42,948 bases of DNA from Deltaproteobacteria bacterium (GTDB lineage Bacteria; Myxococcota; Myxococcia; Myxococcales; 40CM-4-68-19): the NCBI GenBank assembly GCA_043782365.1, contig JAYWAO010000061.1, positions 1-42,948 of the forward strand, in the 5' to 3' direction. This document shows positions 1 through 9,859 of the stretch, piece after piece (position 1 is the stretch's first letter; each line of letters opens with the position of its first letter). The notes beneath the pieces were generated by a model. The model made no database searches. It saw only the letters and a list, made by a program, of their open reading frames with translations, and was not told where the DNA came from. Position numbers and translations under genes: made by a program.

Positions 1-1
1 C

Positions 2-637
2 ACCGAGGTGGATCCGGCGGCACCGATCGAGCCCCCCCGCGCGTCGCTGCGGCCCGCCCGCCTGCGCGGCACCTGGGACGCGGCGAAGCAGACCGCCGAG
101 GCCGCGCCCGAGCCCGTGTTCTCGGCGCCAAAGGGCACCTACCTGAACGACGCGGTGGAGGAGGGTCCGCCCGACCCGCTCGCCGAGGCCCGCAGGTCGC
201 TCGACGACCTCGGCGTCTTCTTCCGCACGCTGCCCCCCGCCGACCGGGTGGCCGCGGGCGCGTCGCTGCTGATGCTCTTGACGATGGCGATGCCGTGGCG
301 CTGGACGAAGCTCGACGAGGAGGTCATCGGCCTCTTCGCCGCGGTGCCGGCGGCGGTGCTGGCCGCGGGCGTGCCGGTGCTGGTCTACCTGCGCGCGCGG
401 CTCGCGTCGGGCAAGCTCGGGCGGCCGCTCGCGCTCGCGCAGGTGGTGGCGGCGGCGATCAACGCGGGCTACTGCCTCTGGTTCGTGCGCGCGGTGACCG
501 ACGTGCGGACGCAGCGGGTGGCGGGCAAGATGATCGCCTTGCCGCTCTCGACCGCGGAGCCGGGGGCGTATGCGGGGCTGTTGTGTGCGGCGGTGGCGGC
601 GGTGGCGTCGCTGGCCCTTCTGGGGGGCAGGAGGTAG
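2..637 (+). CDS. Membrane protein of unknown function, probably 5'-truncated by the window edge
   Basis: Frame is open from base 2. Pro/Ala-rich linker followed by about 4 hydrophobic segments; stop TAG at 635-637. Confidence 0.7.
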   Translation, partial: TEVDPAAPIEPPRASLRPARLRGTWDAAKQTAEAAPEPVFSAPKGTYLNDAVEEGPPDPLAEARRSLDDLGVFFRTLPPADRVAAGASLLMLLTMAMPWRWTKLDEEVIGLFAAVPAAVLAAGVPVLVYLRARLASGKLGRPLALAQVVAAAINAGYCLWFVRAVTDVRTQRVAGKMIALPLSTAEPGAYAGLLCAAVAAVASLALLGGRR

Positions 638-641
638 CGCC

Positions 642-1484
642 TCAGTTGCTCTTCGGCCCGCTCGCGCGCCTGGCGCCCAGCTCCGCCAGGAGGGCGAACA
701 TCGACGGCTCCATCCAGTTGCGCGGCCCGACGAACTTGACCCGCTGCTTCCCGCTGGCGTCCACGAGGTAGCTCTCGGGGAACTTGCTGGTCCCGAACTT
801 CAGCGAGGTCTTGCCACCCTCGTCCCAGAGCACGCTGTAGGCGGGCTTGCGGCCGGCGAAGTACTTCTCGATCGGGTCCCACGCGTCGTCCACCGAGATG
901 GCGACGACCTGCAGCGAGCCGGGGTCGAACGCCTTGGACAGCTGGTCGAGGCTGGGCTCCTCCTCGCGGCACGGCGCGCACCAGGAGGCCCAGAAGTTCA
1001 CCAGCGTCAGCTTTCCCTTGAGCTGGTCGCTCGAGATCTCGCCGCCACCGCGCAGCGGCAGCTTGAACTGGGGCGCGAGGCTGCCGTCGAGGTCATCGGC
1101 GTCGACCGCCGCCTTGGCCCGCTCGAGCGCGCCGCCCCAGTGCTGGTTGGCCTTGCTCGCCACCACCGTCAGGACGCAGAGCGCAGAGAAGGCGACGAAC
1201 GCCTCCTTCAGCCACTTCGGCACCACCCAGTTGCGCCGGTTCTCCAGCGGGATGCCCGAGTAGGCCTTCGAGTCGAGCTTCTCGGCGAGCGCACCGACTG
1301 GGTTGATCACCGAGCCGGCAGCGGGCACGGCGTCGGTGGCCACGGCGTCGGTGGGCACGGCGTCGGTGGGCCCGGCATCGGCGGAGGCGGCCGCGACGGG
1401 GCCGCTGCCCGGGGCGGAAGCGGAGACCGTGGTCGCGAGCGACTCGGGCGGGACGGGCCTGTCTGACTGCGGAAGTTCGCTCAT
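642..1484 (-). CDS. TlpA/ResA-like membrane-anchored thiol-disulfide oxidoreductase
   Basis: LVNFWASWCAPC thioredoxin motif, KFPESYLVD cis-Pro loop, one TM helix. ATG at 1484 overlaps the upstream gene stop (ATGA). Confidence 0.9.
   Translation of the reverse strand: MSELPQSDRPVPPESLATTVSASAPGSGPVAAASADAGPTDAVPTDAVATDAVPAAGSVINPVGALAEKLDSKAYSGIPLENRRNWVVPKWLKEAFVAFSALCVLTVVASKANQHWGGALERAKAAVDADDLDGSLAPQFKLPLRGGGEISSDQLKGKLTLVNFWASWCAPCREEEPSLDQLSKAFDPGSLQVVAISVDDAWDPIEKYFAGRKPAYSVLWDEGGKTSLKFGTSKFPESYLVDASGKQRVKFVGPRNWMEPSMFALLAELGARRASGPKSN
1323..1382. repeat. 15-bp tandem repeat (GGGCACGGCGTCGGT, three near-identical copies plus one degenerate copy) in the TlpA N-terminal linker
   Basis: Copies at 1323, 1338, 1353 and 1368; encodes TDAVP/TDAVA repeats. 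Confidence 0.85.
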
Positions 1485-1723
1485 CGCTGTAGGCGCTCCA
1501 GAAGGGCTTCGGGCGCGACGCGCAGCTTGAACGCAGTGCGGCCGTCGATCTCGATCACCGGGATGTCCCACTTGAGCTCTTCGAAGAGCTCCGGATCGCT
1601 GCTGATGTCGATCTCCTGCAGGTCGAACGCCACCCGCGCGCGGGTCTGCGCGAGGACCGCCTTGGCGTCCTCGCAGAGGTGACAACCTGGGCGCGAGTAC
1701 AGGACGACTTGGCGGGAGGTCAT
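1481..1723 (-). CDS. Glutaredoxin-like protein (DUF836 type)
   Basis: 80 aa; YSRPGCHLC motif and IPVIEIDG; translationally coupled to the TlpA gene. Confidence 0.9.
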   Translation of the reverse strand: MTSRQVVLYSRPGCHLCEDAKAVLAQTRARVAFDLQEIDISSDPELFEELKWDIPVIEIDGRTAFKLRVAPEALLERLQR

Positions 1724-1920
1724 ATCAGCAGGCGCGTTTCTACTCGGGAACGGCGCGCCGCGCCAACCAAAACCCTTCCGGGCGGCGCTTCAGGGAGGGC
1801 CGCCCCTGGCAGCGCGGGGCGCGGTTGACCGCGACCTCCTGGGTGGGCGGCCGCTCGCACACGCCGTGCGGAGAGCCCTCCGCGCGTGCACAACAACAGT
1901 ACGACGCACCAACAGGGGAG

Positions 1921-3429
1921 CTACCTTCGCCGCGCCGGGCGCTTCTTGTGCTTGACCGCGCGCGCTGCCGGCGGCGTGCCCAGCTGGCCGCCCATCAGGT
2001 AGACCCGCAGCGCTTCGCGGGCCACGTACGGCGCGTGGATCTTCCACTTGAGGCCGTTGACCACCACGGCAGCCACCGCGATCTGCGGGTCGGCGGCGGG
2101 CGCGAACCCGACGAACCAGGAGTAGTCCTTGAACGGCTTCTTGTGGCTCGAGAGCGAGCCGGTCTTCCCGGCCACCTCGATGTCGCCGAGGACCATCCGG
2201 CGGCGCTCCTTGAACGAGTGGGTCGCGGTGCCCTGCGAGACGGTGAGCTTCATCATCTCGGTGAGCGCGGCCGCAGTCTCGGGGCGCAGCAGCCGGCGGC
2301 TCCCCGTGGGCGCCGCCTGCGCGCCGTCGAGGGAGTCGATCAGCGTGGGGTTGGGCGCGACGCCCCCGTTGCCCACCGCGCCGGCGATCAGCGCCGCGTG
2401 AAGCGGGGAGAGCTTGACGTCGCCGAAGCCGGCCGCGCTCTTGGCGAAGTCGAGCCCGCTGTCGGGGATGGCGGCGGTGGACGTCTCGACGGAGGGGTCC
2501 GCCCAGATGGGCCGGTTGAAGAGGAACTTCTCGGCGGTCTCCCGCAGCGACCGGGCGTCGAGGTGCTTGACCGCCATCTTGGCGAAGACCACGTTGGCGC
2601 TCTTGGCGAGCGCCATCGAGAGCGAGAGGCAGCGGCGGTCGAGGCGGGGCTTGTCCTGCAGGAGCTTCCCGACCAGCCCGTGCATGCCGCCGTGGTAGCA
2701 GGTCTCGGTCTCGGGTGAGACGCCCTTCTCGAGCAGCGCGGCGCCCGTGATGATCTTGAACACCGAGGCGGCCGGGTAGAGCGGCCGCGTGGCCATGCCC
2801 GCCGACTTGCCGTCGGCCGAGTATTCGACCAGCGCCAGCACCCTGCCCGTCTTCGGCTCGACCGCGACCAGCGCGGCGCCGTCGGGCCTGTAGGTGGCGA
2901 GGAGCTTCTGCATCTGCGCCTGCAGCTCGGCGTGGAGGGTGAGGCGCGCGGTCTTGCCCTCGGCGGTCTGCGCGGTGAAGACGCCGCCCTCCCCGAGGCG
3001 GGCCTTCTTGAGCAGCGAGAGCCCCGGCAGCGGCGAGATCTGCGCCACCGCGTTGGCAGCGGCGGCCGGCACCTGGTGCAGCTCCGCGCTGCTCTCCACG
3101 CTTTTTTCGGTGGCGGCGGTCTCTGGCGGGCCCGCGCCAGACTGCGCGGCGGCCTCGGCCTCCTCGGCGGCGCCGATGGCGGTCTCGATCTGCTCGTCGG
3201 TCATCGGCGCGCCCTGCACGGCGCGGGCGCCAGCGTCGGCCACCGGCTCGGGCTGCGCGTCCTGCTCGGGCGTCTGCTGCGCGACGGCGGCGAAGCCGAT
3301 CAGCGCCGCGGCCAGCGCGCCGCACGCAAGCCAGAGAGGCCGGCGCCGCTGCACGCGGCGGGGGCCCATCGAGACGGGTGCGTCCTGGGCCGCTCCTGGC
3401 GCGGCTTGGCGGCGTTCGGTGGCGGGCAT
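1921..3429 (-). CDS. Penicillin-binding protein with transpeptidase domain
   Basis: SxxK (ASVFK), SxN (SAN) and KTG (GKTGS) motifs; N-terminal TM/signal and acidic linker. Confidence 0.9.
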   Translation of the reverse strand: MPATERRQAAPGAAQDAPVSMGPRRVQRRRPLWLACGALAAALIGFAAVAQQTPEQDAQPEPVADAGARAVQGAPMTDEQIETAIGAAEEAEAAAQSGAGPPETAATEKSVESSAELHQVPAAAANAVAQISPLPGLSLLKKARLGEGGVFTAQTAEGKTARLTLHAELQAQMQKLLATYRPDGAALVAVEPKTGRVLALVEYSADGKSAGMATRPLYPAASVFKIITGAALLEKGVSPETETCYHGGMHGLVGKLLQDKPRLDRRCLSLSMALAKSANVVFAKMAVKHLDARSLRETAEKFLFNRPIWADPSVETSTAAIPDSGLDFAKSAAGFGDVKLSPLHAALIAGAVGNGGVAPNPTLIDSLDGAQAAPTGSRRLLRPETAAALTEMMKLTVSQGTATHSFKERRRMVLGDIEVAGKTGSLSSHKKPFKDYSWFVGFAPAADPQIAVAAVVVNGLKWKIHAPYVAREALRVYLMGGQLGTPPAARAVKHKKRPARRR

Positions 3430-3525
3430 CGTACGAAGAGCATCGTAGCCCGACCGCGGCCACCTGCAAGATACTGTCTTCAGATCGCGACCGGCCGACG
3501 GCTCCGGGGGATGCGAGGTGAGAGG

Positions 3526-4407
3526 CTACAAGTTGAAGCCCAGCGCGGCGCGCGCGAAGACCTGCTCGTTGTCGCCCAGGCCGAACCCCGCGCCGAGCTG
3601 CAGCCAGACCTTGCCCGTGGCGAGACTCACCGACGGGCCCAGGTAGTGGCGGGTCTCGAGCGCCTGCCCGGGCGCCGACTCAATGGTGACGAAGTACTCC
3701 ACTCCCACCCGCAGCGCCGGGACGAACTCCCAGCGGGCCCCGACGTCGATCTCGAACTTGTGTCCCGCGCTGTCGCCCGAGGCGAGCTTCTGCTCGGCCA
3801 CCAGGTTGGTCACCAGCCCGAGGCGGCCGAGGTCCTTGGCAAGGATGATCTTCTCCTCCAGCTCCCAGGGCGCGCGGAAGTCGGCCGGGCGCTCGGCCTC
3901 CAGGTAGAACATCACGTCGATCGGCAGCTCGCCCTTCTCCAGCAGGCGGTAGCGCGTCTCCAGGCGCCAGCTGTCGAGGGAGAAGCCCTGCTTGTCGCCG
4001 TCGAGCTTGCTCTCGAAGACGTGGTAGAGCGCCATGTCCCAGTGGTCGGTGAGGCCCACCTCCAGCTCGACGCGCGGGGTGGCGACGATGCCGGCGGCGT
4101 TGCCCCTCGGGATCGCCAGGTCGTTCCAGATCTCCAGCTCCAGGTTGCCCTCGGGCTGCGTCGCGTATTCGTAGGCGCGGATGAACGAGCGGCGGTCGGC
4201 GCGGGCGGCGGGCGCGGGCGCGAGGACCAGCAGCGCGGCGAGGGCGGTGAAGGCGGCGCCGGCGGGGACCCGCGCGCGCCGCGACGAGAGCGCGCGCAGC
4301 GAGAAGCAGGCGCGGGGCTCGAACGGCGCTGGCTGCGCAGCGGGGCGGGACGAGCGCGGGGCGGGGGCGGCGCGCGAGGTGCGGGGGACGCGGGAGGGGC
4401 TGGCCAT
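3526..4407 (-). CDS. Probable outer-membrane beta-barrel protein, possibly iron regulated
   Basis: Signal peptide ending AARA-D, alternating amphipathic beta-strands, OMP-like C-terminus ALGFNL; Fur-like box 35 bp upstream. Confidence 0.7.
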   Translation of the reverse strand: MASPSRVPRTSRAAPAPRSSRPAAQPAPFEPRACFSLRALSSRRARVPAGAAFTALAALLVLAPAPAARADRRSFIRAYEYATQPEGNLELEIWNDLAIPRGNAAGIVATPRVELEVGLTDHWDMALYHVFESKLDGDKQGFSLDSWRLETRYRLLEKGELPIDVMFYLEAERPADFRAPWELEEKIILAKDLGRLGLVTNLVAEQKLASGDSAGHKFEIDVGARWEFVPALRVGVEYFVTIESAPGQALETRHYLGPSVSLATGKVWLQLGAGFGLGDNEQVFARAALGFNL

Positions 4408-4436
4408 TTGAGGGACTCCGGTGGAGGCGCGGCGTG

Positions 4437-4460
4437 TTGAGATTGAGAATGAATCTCAAT
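4437..4460. promoter_or_regulatory. Fur-family box
   Basis: ATTGAGAAT-G-AATCTCAAT (4442-4460) is a 9-1-9 inverted repeat with one mismatch, plus an extra TTGAGA hexamer. AT-rich island in a divergent intergenic region. Confidence 0.75.
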
Positions 4461-4654
4461 ATCGACAAGGTAGCGCAAGCCGAGCGGCCAGGCAAGCGAC
4501 ACGATGCCGCGGGGTCGGCGCCTGCCGGGCCTGCCGCATGCGGGCGCCTCGGAGCGACCGACTCGATGGCTGGCGGCGCCGCCTCGGCCGTCAACGGCCT
4601 GACTCGGTCCCCTGCCCGATGGGGCCGCTGGGGACCCGGTGCTACCCAACTCCC

Positions 4655-5842
4655 ATGTCCGTCGCCCTGCCCGGCCCGCGCCGCTCCTCGCTCCTCGCGC
4701 GCAGCCTGCTCCCGATCCCGCTCTTCCTCCTGCTCTCGGCGGCGGTGCTGCTGCTCGACTGCGGCGGCCAAGGCCTCGCCGAGACGCAGGCGGAGCTCGC
4801 CGCCACCACCACCGTCCGCGTCCACTACCCCGCGGGCAGCCACATCGTGGCCCTCCGCGGCGACGCGGCGAAGCTCACCTGGAGCCGCGGCGTCGCGCTG
4901 CCCTCGGCGGGCCCGGGCAGCGACACCTGGGTCTTCACCACCCGGGCGCTCGCCAGGAACGCCCGCCTCGACTTCAAGCCGCTGCTCGACGACCAGACCT
5001 GGAGCCGGGGCCCGAACTACGCAGTCAGCGCGGGCGGCACGGTGGACGTCTGGCCGCGCTTCACCCACGACCAGGGCGCGGTCACCCGCATCGACCAGTG
5101 GTGGTCGAACGGGCTCGCCAACACGCGGCCGATCTGGGTCTACACGCCGCCCTCCTACCAGGAGCAGCCCGCCGAGCGGTTCCCGGTGGTCTACCTGCAC
5201 GACGGGCAGAACCTCTTCGACGCCGCGTGGTCCTTCGGCGGCGTCACCTGGCAGGTGGCCCCGGCGATGGACGCGGGCGCGGCCGACGGCACCGTCCGCG
5301 AGGCGATCGTCATCGGCATCGGCAATACTCCCAATCGGATGTGGGAATACACCGCCTCCTCTGATCCTGATTACGCCGGCGGCGGCGCGCGCGATTACCT
5401 CACGTTCGTCGCGGTGGAGCTCAAGGGGGAGGTCGACCGGCTCTACCGGACCAGCCCGGGCCGGCTCGACACCGGCGTTCTCGGCTCGTCGCTCGGCGGG
5501 CTGGCGTCGGCCTATGCGGGGCTGTGGCGGGCCGACACCTTCGGGCTGGTCGGGGTGATGAGCCCCAGCACCTGGTGGAACGACGACGAGCTGGTCGGGC
5601 TGGTGGCGGCCGCGGGTGCGAACGCCGTGCAGCCGGCGCGGGTGTACGTCGACTCGGGCGACAGCGGGCCGGCCAGCGACGACGTCACGCAGACCGCCGC
5701 GCTCGCCGCTGGTTATCGAAAGCTACCGAACGTCCAGGTCCAGTACGTGGTGGGACGCGGCGACACGCACACCGAGTCGTCGTGGGCGCGGCGGCTGCCG
5801 GGAGCGCTGCGGTTCCTGCTCGGGGCGCGCCCGGCGCAGTAG
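4655..5842 (+). CDS. Exported alpha/beta-hydrolase (Fes/IroE-like esterase family) with a small N-terminal beta domain; possible lipoprotein
   Basis: VYTPPSY, YLHDGQN, nucleophile GSSLGG, catalytic His in HTE; hydrophobic N-terminus ending LLLDC. Confidence 0.85.
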   Translation: MSVALPGPRRSSLLARSLLPIPLFLLLSAAVLLLDCGGQGLAETQAELAATTTVRVHYPAGSHIVALRGDAAKLTWSRGVALPSAGPGSDTWVFTTRALARNARLDFKPLLDDQTWSRGPNYAVSAGGTVDVWPRFTHDQGAVTRIDQWWSNGLANTRPIWVYTPPSYQEQPAERFPVVYLHDGQNLFDAAWSFGGVTWQVAPAMDAGAADGTVREAIVIGIGNTPNRMWEYTASSDPDYAGGGARDYLTFVAVELKGEVDRLYRTSPGRLDTGVLGSSLGGLASAYAGLWRADTFGLVGVMSPSTWWNDDELVGLVAAAGANAVQPARVYVDSGDSGPASDDVTQTAALAAGYRKLPNVQVQYVVGRGDTHTESSWARRLPGALRFLLGARPAQ

Positions 5843-5937
5843 AGAAGCGGTCCGTCAGACCAACGTCCTGCCGGGCCCGGCCGTCGAGCGAGGGGGCGTT
5901 ACGTCGAGCAGCGCAGCGAAGAGGCTGCCCGGCGCAG

Positions 5938-5960
5938 ACCTCCGGTCCGTCGCCGGAGGT
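5938..5960. terminator. Hairpin between convergent genes
   Basis: ACCTCCGG-N7-CCGGAGGT perfect 8-bp stem; no clear U-tract. Confidence 0.4.
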
Positions 5961-5982
5961 GGCTGGGGTTTGAGGACAGGCC

Positions 5983-6591
5983 CTAGTTGAACCACGCCGA
6001 CTTCTGCACGGACAGCCCCCTCCGGATGCGCAGCGCCTGCCGCCAGGTGGGCACGTCCGCCTGCCACGCCGGGAGGATGAAGGCGATGGCGACGATCTCC
6101 GCGTTGGCCGCCAGGCCAAGTGTAATGCACACGAAGAGCGGGACCCCCGCGACCCCGAAAGAGAGCGCCGCGGTGAGCGCCGCGAAGAGCGAAAGGCCGA
6201 ACACCTTGGCGAGGAGCGCGTGGGTGCTCATCGGCTTGCCGAAGCGCCAGAGGCCCACCAGGTAGGTGCTCGCCTCGCTGGCGAGCAGCGCGGAGATCCA
6301 GCCGGCGTGCGCGCGGAGGATCTCCGGGTGGGCGCGCCAGACGGCCGCGGCGGTGCAGAGCCAGAAGACGAGATCGGCGCGGCTGTCCCAGACCCGCAGC
6401 GCCACCGAGGCCACGCCCAGCTTGCGCGCGGTGATGCCGTCGAAGATGTCCGAGAGCAGGCCCGCGAGCAACAGCGAGAGGAAGAGCCAGGGCCGCGGCC
6501 CGGACCCGGCGAGCCACACCAGGAGCGGCCCGAGGACGAAGCGGGAGAGGCACAGGGTCCACGGGAGCGCGAGGCGCGCCGTCCGGTTCAA
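5983..6591 (-). CDS. CDP-alcohol phosphatidyltransferase family protein
   Basis: DIFDGITAR...WDSRAD (DxxDGxxAR...DxxxD) motif; TTG start overlaps the MFS stop (TTGA). Confidence 0.85.
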   Translation of the reverse strand: MNRTARLALPWTLCLSRFVLGPLLVWLAGSGPRPWLFLSLLLAGLLSDIFDGITARKLGVASVALRVWDSRADLVFWLCTAAAVWRAHPEILRAHAGWISALLASEASTYLVGLWRFGKPMSTHALLAKVFGLSLFAALTAALSFGVAGVPLFVCITLGLAANAEIVAIAFILPAWQADVPTWRQALRIRRGLSVQKSAWFN

Positions 6592-7820
6592 CCTGGCTCC
6601 CCAGCCTCGGCGCCGTCCTCCGCGCCGCCCCGCGCAGCCGCCGCGCCTTGCGCGCCCACCGCACGGTCCCTCCACCACAGCACCAGGAGCAGCCCCGCGG
6701 CGTGCAGCGACGCCACCCCCCAGGCCCAGCCACGGTGGAGCCCCTGGCCGAGCAGCGCGCCCGTCAAGAGCGCCCCGGCGAGCTGCGCTGCGCTCTGCAG
6801 CGACTGGAGCAGGCCCATCACCTCGCCCTGTCGCGAGGCCGGCGTCGCGCGCGAGAGCCACGCGGTCAGCGCGGGCCGGGAGAGCGCGGTGCCCAGGGCG
6901 GTCACGGCGATGGCCCAGGAGAGCGACGCCCCCGGAGTGGCGAGCGGCAGCGCGGCGAAGCCCAGCGCCGCCGCCGCGAACCCCAGCGCCACCGTGGCGC
7001 GCTCGCCGATGCGGGTCAGGGCCCGCGGGTAGAGCCAGAGCTGCGTCGCCACCACGACCACCCCGGCCAAGGCGAAGCTCTCCGCCACCTCTTGCGCTCC
7101 AAACGGAACGAGGCCGCGCTGGTACCAGCTCGAGCCGAACAGGCTCCAACCCGAGGAGAAGAGGTGGTGCGCGGTGAAGAAGAGGGCGAGCAGCAGCGCG
7201 CTGCGCAGCGCGGGCGCCGGCAGGCTGAGGAGCAGCGCGGGCTCCTGCGGAGCGCCCGGTGCCCGCGGCTCGTCCGTCGCCTGGGGGGCGGGCAGCACCT
7301 CGGGCAGGGCGAGGGCCAGCAGCAGGCTGGCGGCCGAGACGCCCGCCGCGCCCCAGAGCGGGGCCGCCGCGCCGTAGCGGAGCAGCGCGATGCAGAGGAC
7401 CGGGCCGAGCACGAGGCCCGTGCCGGCGGCGATGCCGAGGTGGCCGAAGACGCGGGCCCGCGCAGGACCGTCGGTGAGCCTGGCCGCGATGGCGGCGGCG
7501 ATCGAGAGGTTGCCCGCGGTGGCCCCGTCGAGCAGGCGCGAGGCGAGGATGGACGGGTAGCCCTGCGCCAGCGCGAGCCAGACGAACGAGGCGCAGGAGC
7601 CCGCGAGGCAGAAGAGTAATACACGCCTGGCGCCGAGGCGGTCGGCGAGCCTGCCGAGCAGCGGGCTGGCGACCAGCTGCACCCCGGCGTAGGCCCCGAA
7701 GAGGAGCGCCACGCCCTCGGGGCCTGCGCCGCGGGCCTGCGCCCACGAGGGGAGCACGGGCAGCACCGTCGCCCAGGAGAGCACGTCGAGGAGGACCACG
7801 AAGAGGAGCGCGACGGGCAA
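6588..7820 (-). CDS. MFS transporter (TetA/DHA1-like)
   Basis: GRLADRLGARR motif A, about 12 hydrophobic segments; TTG start at 7820 is inferred. Confidence 0.85.
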   Translation of the reverse strand: MPVALLFVVLLDVLSWATVLPVLPSWAQARGAGPEGVALLFGAYAGVQLVASPLLGRLADRLGARRVLLFCLAGSCASFVWLALAQGYPSILASRLLDGATAGNLSIAAAIAARLTDGPARARVFGHLGIAAGTGLVLGPVLCIALLRYGAAAPLWGAAGVSAASLLLALALPEVLPAPQATDEPRAPGAPQEPALLLSLPAPALRSALLLALFFTAHHLFSSGWSLFGSSWYQRGLVPFGAQEVAESFALAGVVVVATQLWLYPRALTRIGERATVALGFAAAALGFAALPLATPGASLSWAIAVTALGTALSRPALTAWLSRATPASRQGEVMGLLQSLQSAAQLAGALLTGALLGQGLHRGWAWGVASLHAAGLLLVLWWRDRAVGAQGAAAARGGAEDGAEAGEPG

Positions 7821-7925
7821 GGTTGTCCCCGGAGGCCACCGGCCACTACCGCTAGCACGCGCGGCGAATCGATTGGTAATTGCGGGTATCCCACCCAACC
7901 AGACCCCGTGGTAGGAGTGCGCGCC

Positions 7926-9170
7926 GTGTCCGACGCCCCCGTGAACATCACCGACGAGCTGAAGTCGCTCCGCATCGACCGCAGCGCCCGAAAGCGCGGC
8001 CTGCCCGGCTGGGCGAAGGGCCTGCTCACCGTCGCCGTGCTGGCCGCGCTCGCCTGGTGGGCCTGGGGCGCGCTCGAAGGCCGCCTGCTGGTGCCCACCG
8101 TGGAGACCACCGCGGTGGCGCTGGTCAGCCCCACCCAGGCGCAGCAGCTCCTGGTGGCCACGGGCTATGTGGTCCCGCAGCGCAAGGCCAACGTGGCCCC
8201 GCGCATCGGCGGCCGGGTGCTGCGCATCCTGGTCGAGGACGGCACCGAGGTGAAGGCGGGCCAGCTCCTGGCCGAGCTGGAGAGCGCCGACTACCGCGCG
8301 CAGCTCCTCCAGGCCGAGGCCAACGCGCGGCAGGCCGAGGCGCGGCTGGTGCGGTCCGAGGTCGACCTCAAGGACGCGCAGCGGGCCTTCGAGCGCGAGA
8401 CGCTGGTGCAGCAGAAGGGGGTCTCCACCGGCGCGGCGCTCGACACCGCCACCGCCCGGCTCGACGGCGCCAAGGCGCAGCTCACCGCCTCGAAGGCCGA
8501 CGTGGGCGCCAGCCGGGCGGTGGTGGCGCTCGCCAACGTCAACCTCGACAACTGCTACGTGCGCGCCCCTTTCGCCGGACGTATTACACAAAAGCTGGCC
8601 GACGTCGGCGAGATCGTCTTCGGCGCGGTGGGCGGCAGCGCGGGCGGCAACGGCGGCATCGCCTCGCTCGCCGACTTCTCCTCGCTGATGGTGGAGGCCG
8701 ACGTCTCCGAGTCGCAGGTGGCCAGGCTCCAGCCCGGGATGCCGGCGGAGATCGCGCTCGACGCCTTCGCCGGCCGGACCTTCCGCGCCAAGGTCCACCA
8801 GGTGCGGCCGCGCGTCGACCGCGCCAAGGCCACCGTCACCGTCAAGGTCGCCTTCATCGACCCGACCACCGATGTCCTGCCCGACATGGGCGCGAAGGTG
8901 ACCTTCCTCGCCAAGGAGCTGCAGGCGGGCGAAGCGAAGCAGCCGCCCACGCCGGCGGTGCAGGCCGACGCCATCGTGGAGCGCGGCGAGCACAAGGTGC
9001 TCTTCGTGGTGGACGCCGCCGAGGTGGTCACCAGCGCCAACGTGGTCACCGGGCCCGCCATCGGCGGCCTCATCTCACTGAAGAGCGGCCCGCCGCCGGG
9101 CACGAAAGTCGTCCAGCGGCCCTCGGCCGACCTCAAGTCCGGAATGCACGTCAAGGAGAAGCAACCGTGA
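7926..9170 (+). CDS. Periplasmic adaptor / membrane fusion protein (MacA/HlyD family)
   Basis: N-terminal TM, lipoyl-like half motifs (VKAGQLLAEL; VRAPFAGRI), coiled coil; RBS AGGAG before GTG. Confidence 0.9.
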   Translation: MSDAPVNITDELKSLRIDRSARKRGLPGWAKGLLTVAVLAALAWWAWGALEGRLLVPTVETTAVALVSPTQAQQLLVATGYVVPQRKANVAPRIGGRVLRILVEDGTEVKAGQLLAELESADYRAQLLQAEANARQAEARLVRSEVDLKDAQRAFERETLVQQKGVSTGAALDTATARLDGAKAQLTASKADVGASRAVVALANVNLDNCYVRAPFAGRITQKLADVGEIVFGAVGGSAGGNGGIASLADFSSLMVEADVSESQVARLQPGMPAEIALDAFAGRTFRAKVHQVRPRVDRAKATVTVKVAFIDPTTDVLPDMGAKVTFLAKELQAGEAKQPPTPAVQADAIVERGEHKVLFVVDAAEVVTSANVVTGPAIGGLISLKSGPPPGTKVVQRPSADLKSGMHVKEKQP

Positions 9171-9859
9171 GCGAAGCAGCGTCCAAGTCGGGGCCGATCG
9201 TCGAGATCCGCAACCTCCGCAAAGTGTATGCGCGCAACGATCAGGAGGTGGTGGTCCTCGACGGGCTCAACCTCGACATCGCGGCGGGCGCGTTCGAGGC
9301 GCTGATGGGCCCGTCGGGCTCGGGCAAGAGCACGCTGCTCAACCTGATCGCGGGCATCGACGAGCCCACCTCGGGGTCGCTCAAAGTCGCCGGCGAAGAA
9401 GTCGCGCGGCTCTCCGAGTCGCAGCGCGCGCCCTGGCGCTCGCGGCACATCGGGTTCATCTTCCAGTTCTACAACCTGATGCCGGTGCTGACCGCGTTCG
9501 AGAACGTCGAGCTGCCGCTCTTGTTAACCAACTTATCGAAGGCCGAGCGCAAGCAGCGGGTCGAGACCGCGCTCAAGCTGGTGAATCTCCAAGACCGCCT
9601 CGATCACACGCCCAAGCAGCTCTCGGGCGGGCAGCAGCAGCGCGTCGCCATCGCGCGGGCGATCGTCGCCGACCCGACCATCATCGTCGCCGACGAGCCC
9701 ACCGGCGACCTCGACCGCAAGAGCGCCGAAGAGGTGCTCGCGCTCCTCACCACGCTCAACGAGGTGCTGGGCAAGACCATCGTGATGGTGACGCACGACC
9801 CGCACGCGGCGGAGGCGGCCTCGATCGTGCGCAAGCTCGACAAGGGGCTGCTCACGTGA
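9167..9859 (+). CDS. ABC transporter ATP-binding protein (LolD/MacB-NBD type)
   Basis: [28 protein letters not shown]; GTGA overlap with the adaptor stop. Confidence 0.95.
   Translation: MSEAASKSGPIVEIRNLRKVYARNDQEVVVLDGLNLDIAAGAFEALMGPSGSGKSTLLNLIAGIDEPTSGSLKVAGEEVARLSESQRAPWRSRHIGFIFQFYNLMPVLTAFENVELPLLLTNLSKAERKQRVETALKLVNLQDRLDHTPKQLSGGQQQRVAIARAIVADPTIIVADEPTGDLDRKSAEEVLALLTTLNEVLGKTIVMVTHDPHAAEAASIVRKLDKGLLT

Noticed and set aside
1323-1382. Tandem repeat as a CRISPR array or contingency locus
   Set aside because: In-frame 15-bp units without spacers that encode a flexible linker.
5983-9859. 618-, 801- and 659-aa ORFs
   Set aside because: Only the C-terminal parts are real (phosphatidyltransferase, MFS, ABC ATPase); the rest is off-frame or antisense.
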